Positions 1-10,333 of a stretch of 64,000 bases of DNA are shown one piece after another. The stretch's first letter is position 1, and each line of letters starts with the position of its first letter. The stretch is from Thermodesulfobacteriota bacterium (GTDB taxonomy: Bacteria > Desulfobacterota_D > UBA1144 > Nemesobacterales > UBA2774). The position numbers were made by a program, and so were the translations under genes. The notes beneath the pieces were generated by a model. That model worked only from the letters and a program-made list of their open reading frames with translations, did not search any database and had not been told where the DNA came from. The stretch lies in NCBI GenBank assembly GCA_965216785.1, contig OZ244197.1, forward strand, positions 800,001-864,000, written 5' to 3'.

Positions 1-146
1 AAGACCATCTTCATTATCACATAGTCCCCAGATGGAGCGGAGACACCAATTTTATGCCCGTAATCGCGGATGTAAAGATTATGCCTGAATTCCTGGAAGA
101 TACTTACGAAGCACTAAGTAATGAAATTAAAACTTTGGAGGAATGA
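1..146 (+). CDS. HIT-family nucleotide hydrolase/phosphorylase, 3' end (partial)
   Basis: The frame starting at base 3 reads [20 protein letters not shown]...EE* (TGA at 144-146), with the HxHxH histidine triad and the PRW-GD-NFM tail. Not in the ORF track because the start lies outside the window. Confidence 0.85.
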   Translation, partial: DHLHYHIVPRWSGDTNFMPVIADVKIMPEFLEDTYEALSNEIKTLEE

Positions 147-149
147 CCC

Positions 150-518
150 ATGCGTTATTTAAGAATAATATTCATCGTCATCATAATCATCTTTTTCGCA
201 ATTATTTATACCCAGAACTTAGACGTATTTACACATACGTTCGAGCTTAAGATGGATCTCAACAAGTATTTTGTGGGGCCATATATAACTAAGAATATTG
301 TTCTAATACTGGGTGCCTTCGTAGTTGGAGCTTTCGTAGCGCTTGTGTTCGGAGCTCTTGGGTCTTTGAGCGCAAGCTCCGATGCAAAACGCAAGATAAG
401 AGACTTGCAGGGCCAGGTTAAAGAGCTACAGTCACACATTAATGAGCTTACATCCGAAGCCCCGGCTGTTGTAGAAGAAGAGCAGAAAAGCGACTCACCG
501 TTTTCTCCTCCTTCTTAA
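150..518 (+). CDS. LapA-family (LPS assembly protein A) membrane protein
   Basis: Two TM segments with a 'TQN' motif after TM1, then a C-terminal coiled coil; GGAGG SD upstream. Confidence 0.65.
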   Translation: MRYLRIIFIVIIIIFFAIIYTQNLDVFTHTFELKMDLNKYFVGPYITKNIVLILGAFVVGAFVALVFGALGSLSASSDAKRKIRDLQGQVKELQSHINELTSEAPAVVEEEQKSDSPFSPPS

Positions 519-591
519 ATCGTGCGCAAACATTGTGGGTTAAGAGTCATAAAAACTATCCTTAAAAAGCGATCTTGATTATACTATCATT

Positions 592-1521
592 ATGCGAAAC
601 CGGGCAAAACCGAGCTGGATAAAAGCAAAGCTTCCGGCGGGTAAAAATTACACCCATCTAAGGGGTCTTATAAGATCCCTCCACTTAAACACTGTGTGTG
701 AAGAGGCCAGATGCCCAAACATCGGGGAGTGCTGGGGAGCGGGCACGCTCACGTTTATGATTCTTGGAGATACGTGCACCAGGAGCTGCGGTTTTTGTCA
801 TGTTAAGACCGGAAAGGGCGGAGAGATAGACTGGGATGAGCCCGATAGAGTCGCAGAGGCTGTAAATAAACTCACCGAAAATAACGCCCACATAAAACAT
901 ATAGTCATCACCTCGGTTAACAGGGACGATAAGAACCACGAGAGTGCTTCTATATTCGGCGAGACTATTAGAAAGGTCAGGGAGTCAAATCCTTCTATTA
1001 AGATCGAGGTCCTGATACCGGACTTCAAGGGGGCAGTAGACGCACTTGAGGAAGTTCTCGATGCAGGCCCCGACGTGCTGAACCACAACATAGAAACAGT
1101 TCCAAGGCTTTACAGACTTCAGCAAATCACTCAAAGCGGTAAGAAGCGTTCCGTGCGCCCTCAGGCAAACTATGACTGGTCTCTTAAGGTCCTCTCAGAG
1201 AGTAAGCGGTACGGAAACCCGGATATGCTCACTAAGTCAGGAATCATGGTCGGCCTCGGAGAAGAGACTGACGAGGTACTGGAGACACTAAAGGATTTAA
1301 AGGATGTAGGGTGCGATATTGTAACCATCGGCCAGTATCTACAGCCTACAGTCGATCACCTGCCCGTCTCTAAATTCTACCACCCGCTTGAGTTCGAGTC
1401 GCTAAAGAGCTACGGCGAGAAGTTTATAGGCATTCCTCACATAGAGGCCGGCCCGCTCGTCAGAAGCTCCTACCACGCTGAAAAACAGGTTGTAAAGCTT
1501 GGGGAAGGCTCTTTATCCTGA
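592..1521 (+). CDS. lipA: Lipoyl synthase
   Basis: CEEARCPNIGEC (CX4CX5C), radical-SAM CTRSCGFC, C-terminal RSSY. Confidence 0.97.
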   Translation: MRNRAKPSWIKAKLPAGKNYTHLRGLIRSLHLNTVCEEARCPNIGECWGAGTLTFMILGDTCTRSCGFCHVKTGKGGEIDWDEPDRVAEAVNKLTENNAHIKHIVITSVNRDDKNHESASIFGETIRKVRESNPSIKIEVLIPDFKGAVDALEEVLDAGPDVLNHNIETVPRLYRLQQITQSGKKRSVRPQANYDWSLKVLSESKRYGNPDMLTKSGIMVGLGEETDEVLETLKDLKDVGCDIVTIGQYLQPTVDHLPVSKFYHPLEFESLKSYGEKFIGIPHIEAGPLVRSSYHAEKQVVKLGEGSLS

Positions 1522-1601
1522 TATAGAATCGACTCCGAATTTCTTCTAACTAACTTTTAGTATATTGATAAATCTCGTAGAGCATTTATGATCTTATCAT
1601 C

Positions 1602-2813
1602 ATGAAATACGTAATACTCCAGGGCGACGGCATGCCGGACCACAAGCTCCCCGAGCTTGACGGTAAAACGCCTCTTGAAGTAGCCCGCACTCCCAATCTC
1701 GATATGATGGCAAAACACGCCCAGATGTTCGGTATGGTAAAGACCATTCCAGACCCTCTGCCGCCTGGGAGCGACGTCGGCAACCTTACAGTGCTCGGGT
1801 ACGACCCAATGGTCTACTACACTGGCCGCTCTCCGCTCGAGGCTGCAAGCATAGGGGTAAATTTGAGTGAGGGAGACGTAACGCTAAGGTGTAATTTAGT
1901 AACACTTGAAGACGTGAACGGCAGCACCATAATGGAAGACTACAGTGCCGGGCACATAAGCTCTGAGGAAGCAAGTGAGATTATCTCAGGCCTCCAAAAG
2001 GAGCTTGACCTTAATAGTTTCGCACTCCATCCGGGTGTGAGCTACAGGCACCTGCTCGTGTGGCCCCGCGGCAACATGGGTATAAACACCACCCCGCCGC
2101 ACGACATTTCGGGAAAAGCAATAGAGTCATATTACCCCTCGGGTGAGGGCGCTGAAAAGTTAAAAGAGCTCATTGAAAATTCAAGAGAAATATTAAACGA
2201 GCACCCCGTAAACAAGAAAAGGATTGAAGAGGGTAAAAACCCCGCCAACAGTATATGGCTCTGGGGACAGGGTACAGCGCCGAAGATGCCTACATTTAAA
2301 GAGCTTTATGGTCTTACGGGCTCTGTTATTTCCGCAGTGGATCTGGTTAAAGGGATAGGGATATATGCCGGACTTGAAGTGATTGATGTTCCGGGAGCCA
2401 CAGGCTATCTGGACACTAACTACGAAGGGAAAGTAGATTACGCGCTTAACTCCTTAGAGCGTCTTGACCTTACCATGATCCACATAGAGTCTACGGATGA
2501 AACAGGTCATGTAGGAAAGGCAGAGCTTAAGATTCAGGCCATAGAGGACTTTGACGGCAGGGTTGTAGGACGGGTGCTTGAGGGGATAAAACGGTTTGAT
2601 GAATACAGGATACTCGTTATGTCGGACCATCCGACTCCTATTGACCTAAGGACTCACGTAAACGAACCCGTACCGTTCGCTATCTTAGATTCCAGGGATA
2701 TGAGTCTGAAAAACGATTCATTCGTATATACTGAGGACTCTGCGAGCAAGTCAGATACATTCATACATGACGGGTGGAAGCTGACGGGAATGCTTACTGG
2801 AAAAGAAGTTTAA
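1602..2813 (+). CDS. apgM: 2,3-bisphosphoglycerate-independent phosphoglycerate mutase, ApgM type
   Basis: GDGMPD, TPLEVARTPNLD, PGSDV, GRSPLEAA, DETGH and SDHPTP motifs. Confidence 0.92.
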   Translation: MKYVILQGDGMPDHKLPELDGKTPLEVARTPNLDMMAKHAQMFGMVKTIPDPLPPGSDVGNLTVLGYDPMVYYTGRSPLEAASIGVNLSEGDVTLRCNLVTLEDVNGSTIMEDYSAGHISSEEASEIISGLQKELDLNSFALHPGVSYRHLLVWPRGNMGINTTPPHDISGKAIESYYPSGEGAEKLKELIENSREILNEHPVNKKRIEEGKNPANSIWLWGQGTAPKMPTFKELYGLTGSVISAVDLVKGIGIYAGLEVIDVPGATGYLDTNYEGKVDYALNSLERLDLTMIHIESTDETGHVGKAELKIQAIEDFDGRVVGRVLEGIKRFDEYRILVMSDHPTPIDLRTHVNEPVPFAILDSRDMSLKNDSFVYTEDSASKSDTFIHDGWKLTGMLTGKEV

Positions 2814-2819
2814 ACCCTA

Positions 2820-3599
2820 TTACCGATCCTCTTGATTCTTAACCTCATCCCAAAGCTTATCTAGCTCGTCAAGATTAAGATCAGCCAATTCTTTACCCCT
2901 TGACTCGGCCAGGTCTTCGATCTTTCCGAAACGCTCTATGAATCCGTCAATCGCCTTATGCGCCGCGCCCTCAGAGTCGAGCTTCATGTGTCTCCCGAGA
3001 TTGACTAGCGAAAATACCAGGTCGCCCCATTCTTTTTCCACGCCTGCCATATTTGTGGATTTCATCTCTTCCTCAAGCTCGGCAATCTCCTCTTTTACCT
3101 TTGACAACACCTCATTCGCACTCGTCCAGTCAAAACCCACCTGGGCCGCTTTTTCCCCCACACGCTGGGCTCTTAAGAGCGAAGGCATTGTTCTGGGGAT
3201 ATGAAGAAGCCTCCTCTTGCGCGATTTCTCCTTTAGCTTCTGTCTGTGCCAGGTCTTTACAGCCTCCTCGGCATTTGCGGCTTTCTCCTCACCGAACACG
3301 TGTGGGTGACGCCTTACGAGCTTTATATGAAGCCTGTCGATCACTTCCTCAATATCGAATTCTCCGCTTTCATCGGCAATTTGGGAGGCGAATAGTATCT
3401 CATAAAGAAGATCCCCCAGCTCCTCGATAATCTCATCCCTGTCTCCCGATTCTATTGCCTGTACTACCTCATAAGCCTCTTCTATTATATAGGGTCTAAG
3501 GGTCTCTAGCGTCTGCTCCCTGTCCCACGGACAGCCCCGAGGGCTTCTTAAATGCTTTGAAAGCGCAACAAGGTCTTGAAAAGTTTTTTTCATCTTCAC
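2820..3599 (-). CDS. mazG: Nucleoside triphosphate pyrophosphohydrolase MazG
   Basis: GCPWDREQT, EEAYEV, EELGDLL, KLVRRHPHVF, and a second MazG domain (GFDW...KEE...EWGD). Confidence 0.95.
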   Translation of the reverse strand: MKMKKTFQDLVALSKHLRSPRGCPWDREQTLETLRPYIIEEAYEVVQAIESGDRDEIIEELGDLLYEILFASQIADESGEFDIEEVIDRLHIKLVRRHPHVFGEEKAANAEEAVKTWHRQKLKEKSRKRRLLHIPRTMPSLLRAQRVGEKAAQVGFDWTSANEVLSKVKEEIAELEEEMKSTNMAGVEKEWGDLVFSLVNLGRHMKLDSEGAAHKAIDGFIERFGKIEDLAESRGKELADLNLDELDKLWDEVKNQEDR

Positions 3600-3683
3600 T
3601 CACTTCTGGATAATATGACTTATATTGATTTAATTAAAACCATTGCCGGAACCCAAGATGCTTTATGGTAAATACAGCTTATT

Positions 3684-4817
3684 TTAAACTTTGACCCTGA
3701 ATCTCTTGGGATACTTAGTTAGATTGGTACACCCGTCCTTCTCTACAACTACCACGTCCTCAATTCTGACACCTCCAAGCTTCTTATAATAAAGCCCGGG
3801 CTCTATAGTTACCACGTTCCCGGCTTTCAGGACTTCATTTCCGAAACCGATCCTGGGAGGCTCGTGAATCTGAAGACCGAGCCCGTGGCCGGTAGAGTGA
3901 ATAAACCCCTCGGCCCTGCCTCCGTTCACACCTGTCATAAAACCCGCCTTAGTAAAACAATCTACTACAGCGCTGTGTATATCACGTCCCCTAACTCCGT
4001 CTTTCACTAGGCTTAAGGCAATCTTCTGCCCCGTAAGCACCGTATTGTACATATGTATCAGTTCTGCTGAGGGCTCCCCTCTGATCACAGTTCTTGTCAT
4101 ATCACCAAAATATCCGCTTTGCTGAGATCTGGGGAATATATCTATTATTACTGGCTTATCGGAAAATAACGGGCCGTCTCCGGTATGGTGTGGAAGTGAA
4201 GACTGCACACCGCTCGCCACTATTGTATGGGCCGCTGTATACCCAAGCCTTGAGAGCTCGGCATTTATCTCACCTTTTACCCTTTCTGAAGTAAGCACCT
4301 GGCCTTCTAAATAGAGCTTATTTTTACGAATCTCAGAAGAGGCGATCATCCTTATCGCAAGATCCATTGCCCGGGCCGTTTTCCTGACGGCGTCTCTTAG
4401 CGCGGTAATTTCCTGTGGCTTTTTAATGAGCCTTTCCTCAAAAAAGGGCTCATTTTTACTTGAAGCAATGTTATATCCCCTTTTCCTGAGCTCGTCTGCG
4501 TATTTGACTTGGAACCTGCCGGGCACTGTCACTCTCTTAATTTTTCGCTCTTTAAGTAAAAGATCAGCTATATCCACAAGACCTATACTCTTTCTTTTTT
4601 TTGAGATTAATTTTTTCTGATATTCCGATAACGATAGAACCGTATCGACCGTAGCTTCATCCTTACCCCGATCAATCTCCAGATCGCTCAGCACAAGTAT
4701 TTTTTCTCCTCTGTGCTCAAGATAAATAACTGGGTCGGGAACAAAAAACCCAGTCCTGTAGTAGAGGTCTGAATCATTCTCACTAGTATCTATTATAAGA
4801 AAAGTGCCCTTATTCAT
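3684..4817 (-). CDS. Xaa-Pro aminopeptidase/dipeptidase (M24B)
   Basis: GDMTRT, HSTGHGLGLQIHE, TIEPGLY and GVRIED metal-binding motifs. The start is probably ATG 4817 (MNKG) rather than 4871. Confidence 0.9.
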   Translation of the reverse strand: MNKGTFLIIDTSENDSDLYYRTGFFVPDPVIYLEHRGEKILVLSDLEIDRGKDEATVDTVLSLSEYQKKLISKKRKSIGLVDIADLLLKERKIKRVTVPGRFQVKYADELRKRGYNIASSKNEPFFEERLIKKPQEITALRDAVRKTARAMDLAIRMIASSEIRKNKLYLEGQVLTSERVKGEINAELSRLGYTAAHTIVASGVQSSLPHHTGDGPLFSDKPVIIDIFPRSQQSGYFGDMTRTVIRGEPSAELIHMYNTVLTGQKIALSLVKDGVRGRDIHSAVVDCFTKAGFMTGVNGGRAEGFIHSTGHGLGLQIHEPPRIGFGNEVLKAGNVVTIEPGLYYKKLGGVRIEDVVVVEKDGCTNLTKYPKRFRVKV

Positions 4818-5011
4818 TGAAAAAACACTATACCCTACGAAGAAATACAATATCAAGTAGGAAGTATACATACAGGGAATGGGAGATTGTAATAATAAGG
4901 GCTTAGTATTGAATTTCCAGTCACTATAGCGCTACATTTTCATATTCAAACCCGAGCATGTTATAATAGGACGTCTTAGTCTGATATCAATCTAAAAACT
5001 ACGGTGAAAAT

Positions 5012-5470
5012 ATGAATATAGTTAATATTGCCAGGAAATTCTCGTTTATTCCGATTTTAATTCTTCTATGTACAGGAACATTCAATCCGGAAAAAGCGCA
5101 GGGCGCGGATGATGTAAAAAATGTATCTGTAGATCAAATTTGCGGGTCTTACATGGACGAGCCTATGTCAGCGGACAGCCTATACCAAGGCAATACACTC
5201 AAGACCACTATTGAAGTGTCACATGTGAGAAAAGTGCACTCACTTTGCCACGACGCCCCTCAAGGAACGTTTACAATGGACGCGGTTACGAAAAACGGAA
5301 CGATAGTGCAGTGTTTTTGTAACGCGCCGATATACAACAGCGTCCTCCACAATACTCCAAAGGGAAGTCACCTGATGATCCAGGGAGCGTACAAATCACT
5401 TACAGCATCATTTTTTGAAAGCGAAAGCAAACAGTGCACACTTACTCTAATGAACTGTAGTTTTAAGTAA
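5012..5470 (+). CDS. Exported cysteine-rich protein, probably OB-fold (tRNA_anti-like)
   Basis: N-terminal hydrophobic signal; the segment 'Y..EPMSADSLYQGNTL' resembles the 'Y..NEVAAD.KYKGK' pattern of that family. Confidence 0.45.
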   Translation: MNIVNIARKFSFIPILILLCTGTFNPEKAQGADDVKNVSVDQICGSYMDEPMSADSLYQGNTLKTTIEVSHVRKVHSLCHDAPQGTFTMDAVTKNGTIVQCFCNAPIYNSVLHNTPKGSHLMIQGAYKSLTASFFESESKQCTLTLMNCSFK

Positions 5471-5471
5471 A

Positions 5472-5957
5472 ATGCAGATAACGCTAAAATTCATCTTAAC
5501 TCTATCCATCTCTTTTTGGGTTGGAAGTATTTTTTTCTTCTCCTTCTTCGCTGCACCCAGCATATTTAAAATACTTCCGAGAGAGACTGCTGGGAACGTA
5601 GTGTCGGACATATTCCCAAAGTACTATATGGTGGCTTACCTATGCGGCATAGTTGCAGTTATATCGTCCTTACTGCTCATATTCATTGGGAATCATAAAA
5701 TTTCAGGACTGCATGGTATTAAAACTCTTGGGATTCTTATTATGCTAGGCCTCGCCCTCTACGCGGGCCAAGTGATAAGACCAGAGGCTCACAGCGTAAG
5801 AACTGAAATGAGAAGCGCGGGCGAAAGCTCTCCCAACTACCCCGAATTGCGAAAGAATTTTAGCACTCTTCACATGAAATCAGCAATAATCAACCTGGTT
5901 ATCTTTATAATGGGAATTGCCATAGTGTTCATTAACACATATACTTATAGGAACTGA
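5472..5957 (+). CDS. DUF4149/TMEM205-like membrane protein
   Basis: Four TMs; W.GS..FFSFFAAPSIFK.L, AG..V..IFPKYY and F..LH..S motifs. Confidence 0.8.
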   Translation: MQITLKFILTLSISFWVGSIFFFSFFAAPSIFKILPRETAGNVVSDIFPKYYMVAYLCGIVAVISSLLLIFIGNHKISGLHGIKTLGILIMLGLALYAGQVIRPEAHSVRTEMRSAGESSPNYPELRKNFSTLHMKSAIINLVIFIMGIAIVFINTYTYRN

Positions 5958-5988
5958 TAATTAATTAAAGTACGGAGGTAGTTATCAT

Positions 5989-6312
5989 ATGTTCAACGTA
6001 ACTACAAAAGCGGCAGAAGAGATTAAAAAACTATTGTCTGAAGAAGATTTACCCGGCGCTTTTCTTCGCGTGAGGGTCATTCCTGGCGGATGTTCGGGAT
6101 TTGAGTACGAGATGGGTTTTGACGATGAAACGGAAGATACGGATCAGCTAATTGAGCACGAAGGAATAAAAGTCGCCATAGATGAGCTTAGTTTCCCATA
6201 TCTGGACGGTGCGGTTCTCGATTTTCAGGACGGGCTTAACGGACAGGGATTTGCAATTAACAACCCAAACGCTTCTGGGTCCTGCGGCTGCGGAAAATCA
6301 TTCACAGCGTAA
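5989..6312 (+). CDS. erpA: A-type Fe-S carrier (ErpA/IscA/HesB family)
   Basis: GGCSG and NPNA..SCGCGKSF motifs; GGAGG SD. Confidence 0.85.
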   Translation: MFNVTTKAAEEIKKLLSEEDLPGAFLRVRVIPGGCSGFEYEMGFDDETEDTDQLIEHEGIKVAIDELSFPYLDGAVLDFQDGLNGQGFAINNPNASGSCGCGKSFTA

Positions 6313-6335
6313 CTAAAAAATAAAACACTCTACCG

Positions 6336-6376
6336 CGGCCGGTTAAAGTAAAATCTTTATCCGGCCGTTTTATTTT
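6336..6376 (+). terminator. Rho-independent terminator after erpA
   Basis: CGGCCGG...CCGGCCG stem followed by TTTTATTTT. Confidence 0.75.
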
Positions 6377-6514
6377 ATAAACTTACCAAATACTAACCTT
6401 TCAGGTTATAATTATCCGAAATCAGACAAGTCAAAAGAGATAGACTCAAAACTGATTCATACGATCTGAGCGACAAACTAGCTATAGAATCGACTTTATT
6501 ATCAGGAGAGATAA

Positions 6515-8329
6515 ATGAGCCGGCCTTCAAAGCTGACATTAATACACGACCAAGCAAGGTCTTACGAAAAGATAAAATCAAAAAACATTATAGATACACT
6601 ATATACCGATTTCATACCCTATAACGAGTTGCCGGATTTCCCGCTTCATATACACGCGCCGTCCGGAAAAACGATCGAGCTTGCAGATGACCCGGCGGTT
6701 ATTGTAGGTACTGCGACGTTAAAAAAGACAAATAAGACAGTGGCTATTATTGCCCAGCAGATGCCTGCAAACGATGAAGACCGGATAAAGCTGAACTTCG
6801 GTCTTGTAAAGGCAGACGGATACGGACTCGCATACAACATGATGGGTTATGCGGAGGAGCACGGACTGATGCTCCACAGCTACGTTGACACCATTGGCGG
6901 TGATCCGTTTGAGTATTCGGCGGAAAAGCTTCAGTCTTGGCAGATATCGAATTGCCAGGCAAAGATGATCTCCCTTAAAACCAAGTCCATATCCATAGTG
7001 CTTGGCAGCGGTGGCAGCGGTGGCGCGATAGCGTTTCAGCTTGCACATAAAAGATTTATGCTCTCGCGCGCAGAGTACTCGGTAATTACCGCTGAAGGGT
7101 GCTCCGCAATCCTGTTCAGGAGCGCCGATAAGGTTGAGGAAGCTCTCGAGGTACTTCAGCCCACTGCAGAGTTCATGAAAAAATACGGAATTGTGGACAA
7201 TATTATTAAAGAGCCTGCTATAAGTGGCTCTGATTACGAAAGGAAAATTCTGAGTAACATTGAAAAAGCGCTCCTTTCTGCTACAGAGGAGCTTGAGCGC
7301 TCTGATATGAAGTATCTTAGATCAAATCTAATTGAAAGAATACAGGAATGCGGGCAGATTGAAAAAGGCGAGCACCGCTACCATGCCATCGCGAAAAAAA
7401 TACGGAGCTGGCTCCCGAACTACGCTTTTGGAAAAGATCCTACAGCTGCAATATCCCAAATGCAGATAGCCCTATACGGAGCAGAACCCCATTTCTGTAA
7501 CGACGAAAAAGACGCCGAAGGCCAGGTTGTAAGACCCGGATGCAGAAAGCACTATGCCAGAGAGGAATTCCAGAAGAACTTTTATTCATGCCCGTATTGC
7601 GAAAAACCGAATCCGATAGGCTCTGATGACTATCTGGACCTGCTCCTGGACACAGATTCTTTCCACGAGCTTCATTCCAACTTGAGCACTGACAACATCG
7701 ATTCCAGGTTTAATTTCTATGATTACAGCGAGAGCCGAAAGAAAATGTCAGGACGGGTCGATTCAAAGGACTCTCTGGTTGTAGGATATGGAACGATGTT
7801 CGATCTGCCTGTGGCAGTTGCGGTAAGCGAGTTCAGATTCATGGGCGGTTCTATGGGCGCCGTATTCGGGGAAAAACTTAAACTGCTGGTCAATTATGCT
7901 ATAAGCAAAAACCTGCCTCTCATCGTCGTAACAGCATCAGGTGGCGCCCGGATGCAGGAAGGCACGGTAGCGCTATATCAGATGGCTAAAACAATATCCG
8001 CGATTCTCAGATTAAAAGAAGCGGGACTGCCGTACATATCGCTCTTAGGGCACCCAACTACCGGAGGGGCACTTGCGAGTTATGCTGTACAGGGTGATTT
8101 TATCATCGCTGAAAGGAAAGCTAATATCGCATTTGCCGGTGACCGCGTCGTTAAATTAACAAGCGGAGGAAGGGGTGTTGACCCAGAGACTATGACTTCT
8201 GAGTTCTATACAAAGAACGGCGGCATACACCTCGTGACCGAGAGAAGTCAGTTAAAATCCTCCATCGCGGGTGTGCTCAGACTCACGGCCTGGTATAAAT
8301 CTCTTGAAAGCTCTGATAGCGCCGAGTAG
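6515..8329 (+). CDS. Fused acyl-CoA carboxylase carboxyltransferase: alpha (AccA-like, N-terminal) plus beta (AccD-like, C-terminal)
   Basis: N-half has DDPA, NFG, GSGGSGGA and YSVITAEGCSAIL. C-half has a four-Cys Zn site, FMGGSMG, SGGARMQEG, PTTGG and FAG.RV. Confidence 0.85.
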   Translation: MSRPSKLTLIHDQARSYEKIKSKNIIDTLYTDFIPYNELPDFPLHIHAPSGKTIELADDPAVIVGTATLKKTNKTVAIIAQQMPANDEDRIKLNFGLVKADGYGLAYNMMGYAEEHGLMLHSYVDTIGGDPFEYSAEKLQSWQISNCQAKMISLKTKSISIVLGSGGSGGAIAFQLAHKRFMLSRAEYSVITAEGCSAILFRSADKVEEALEVLQPTAEFMKKYGIVDNIIKEPAISGSDYERKILSNIEKALLSATEELERSDMKYLRSNLIERIQECGQIEKGEHRYHAIAKKIRSWLPNYAFGKDPTAAISQMQIALYGAEPHFCNDEKDAEGQVVRPGCRKHYAREEFQKNFYSCPYCEKPNPIGSDDYLDLLLDTDSFHELHSNLSTDNIDSRFNFYDYSESRKKMSGRVDSKDSLVVGYGTMFDLPVAVAVSEFRFMGGSMGAVFGEKLKLLVNYAISKNLPLIVVTASGGARMQEGTVALYQMAKTISAILRLKEAGLPYISLLGHPTTGGALASYAVQGDFIIAERKANIAFAGDRVVKLTSGGRGVDPETMTSEFYTKNGGIHLVTERSQLKSSIAGVLRLTAWYKSLESSDSAE

Positions 8330-8424
8330 CATCTACACTAATTATATATTGTACGGTCCCGCGTGTGCAATAATGAGCCTCTGCTACCATGAGATAGGCA
8401 TAGGACCGTAAATGAGCAGGGTTT

Positions 8425-10311
8425 ATGGATAAGCAATCGGAATCCCCGTCACAAAAAAATACATCGGCCCAAAAGGTTGTAATCATCGGAGCGGGTCCCG
8501 CCGGGCTTACAGCGGCCTACGAGCTATCGAAAGAAGGACTTAATTCAGTAGTGCTCGAAAAAGACAACGTAGTTGGCGGTATTTCAAGAACTGTAAATTA
8601 CAAAGGCTACCGCTTCGACATAGGCGGCCATCGATTTTTCACAAAAGTGCGGGTCGTAGAGGATATGTGGGAAGAGATAATGGGGAATGACTTTTTAGAG
8701 CGGAAACGCTTATCCAGAATATTTTATAAAAACACCTTTTTTTTCTACCCATTCCGTCTGTCAAACGCCCTATGGGGCTTAGGGCTTGGAAACAGCATTA
8801 TGATTTTACTGAGCTATGTAAAATCACAGCTGTTTCCGGTTAAACCCGAGGACACTTTTGATAAATGGGTTTCCAACCGTTTCGGTAAACGGCTCTATCA
8901 GCTTTTCTTCAAAACATACACAGAGAAAGTCTGGGGCATACCGTGCAGCGAAATCAGCGCTGAGTGGGCAGCACAGAGGATAAAGGGATTATCTCTTCTT
9001 GAGGCGCTTAAAAACGCCCTTTTACAAGATAGCTCTTCAAATAAGGATAGAGTAATAAAAACACTGATCGACAGCTTTCACTATCCAAAATTGGGCCCGG
9101 GCATGATGTGGGAAAAGGTATCAGACACGGTTAGTGATGAAAACAGCGAAGTCATACTGAACGCAGATGTTGAGATTATACACACGGGCTCGGGTAAAGT
9201 GGATAAAGTCGGCGTTAATGTAGAAGGGACTTTACGGGAAATAGAGGGAAGCGAATTTATCAGCAGTATGCCTATAAGAGAGCTTATCCATAAATTTCAG
9301 CCAAAACCGCCCGCTCAAGTCTATCATGCCGCGGATATGCTCAAATACAGAGATTTCCTTACAGTCTCGCTTATCATAAACAAAAAGAATGTATTCCCGG
9401 ATAATTGGATATATATTCACGATCCCCGCGTTAAGATGGGAAGGATACAGAATTTTAAAAACTGGAGCCCGGACATGGTTCCAGACCAGGAAAAGACTTG
9501 TCTTGGGCTTGAGTATTTCTGTTTCGAAGGTGACGGTCTCTGGACTATGAGCGACCGGGATTTGATTGAGCTTGCGAAAAAAGAGCTTGAGATCACGGGT
9601 TTAGCTAAAAAAGATGAAATAGATGACGGCTCGGTAGTCAGAATGCCCAAGGCCTATCCCGTATATGATTCAACATACCTTGAGTCCATAAGAATTATTA
9701 GAGAATATCTCGCGCAATTTCCAAATTTACAGCTTGTAGGACGAAACGGTATGCACAAGTATAACAATCAGGATCACTCGATGCTCACGGCTATGCTTGC
9801 CGTGAAAAATATTCTTGGCGGAGATTACGACTTATGGAAGGTAAATGCGGATCAGGAATATCACGAGGAGCTTAGAGAAGATGCATTCCCAGATTCAAAA
9901 GAGCTCAAAGAGCTTGCCGCGACTCAGCCCCGGGTTCCCGAAGCTCTACCCCAAAGCGGAAACGGGGTCGAGCAGACAATCATAAGCGTATTCGCAAGTA
10001 TCGATAAACTGGCTCTAGCATTATCTGTCGGAGCTGTATCGGGAGCAGCTATATTTATTGCAACAATAGTTCTAATATTAAAAGGCGGCTCAGTCGTAGG
10101 TCCCAACCTAAGCTTGCTCAATCAATATTTCATTGGTTATAGTGTGAGCGTAGAAGGAGCGTTCATAGGTTTAGGATACTCATTTTTATGGGGGTTTATA
10201 TTCGGGTGGCTGTTCGCGTATCTCAAAAATCTCTTAACTGGATTCTATGTATACAGAGTAAAAAAGAGTGCAGAGCTCTCGTCTTTCAGGGATTTTATCG
10301 ATTATATATAA
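8425..10311 (+). CDS. FAD-dependent oxidoreductase/mutase (UDP-galactopyranose-mutase-like) with a C-terminal membrane domain
   Basis: GAGPAG dinucleotide fold, [27 protein letters not shown]; the last ~110 aa are hydrophobic. Confidence 0.75.
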   Translation: MDKQSESPSQKNTSAQKVVIIGAGPAGLTAAYELSKEGLNSVVLEKDNVVGGISRTVNYKGYRFDIGGHRFFTKVRVVEDMWEEIMGNDFLERKRLSRIFYKNTFFFYPFRLSNALWGLGLGNSIMILLSYVKSQLFPVKPEDTFDKWVSNRFGKRLYQLFFKTYTEKVWGIPCSEISAEWAAQRIKGLSLLEALKNALLQDSSSNKDRVIKTLIDSFHYPKLGPGMMWEKVSDTVSDENSEVILNADVEIIHTGSGKVDKVGVNVEGTLREIEGSEFISSMPIRELIHKFQPKPPAQVYHAADMLKYRDFLTVSLIINKKNVFPDNWIYIHDPRVKMGRIQNFKNWSPDMVPDQEKTCLGLEYFCFEGDGLWTMSDRDLIELAKKELEITGLAKKDEIDDGSVVRMPKAYPVYDSTYLESIRIIREYLAQFPNLQLVGRNGMHKYNNQDHSMLTAMLAVKNILGGDYDLWKVNADQEYHEELREDAFPDSKELKELAATQPRVPEALPQSGNGVEQTIISVFASIDKLALALSVGAVSGAAIFIATIVLILKGGSVVGPNLSLLNQYFIGYSVSVEGAFIGLGYSFLWGFIFGWLFAYLKNLLTGFYVYRVKKSAELSSFRDFIDYI

Positions 10312-10333
10312 TAAGTATGCAAGTATGTGACAA

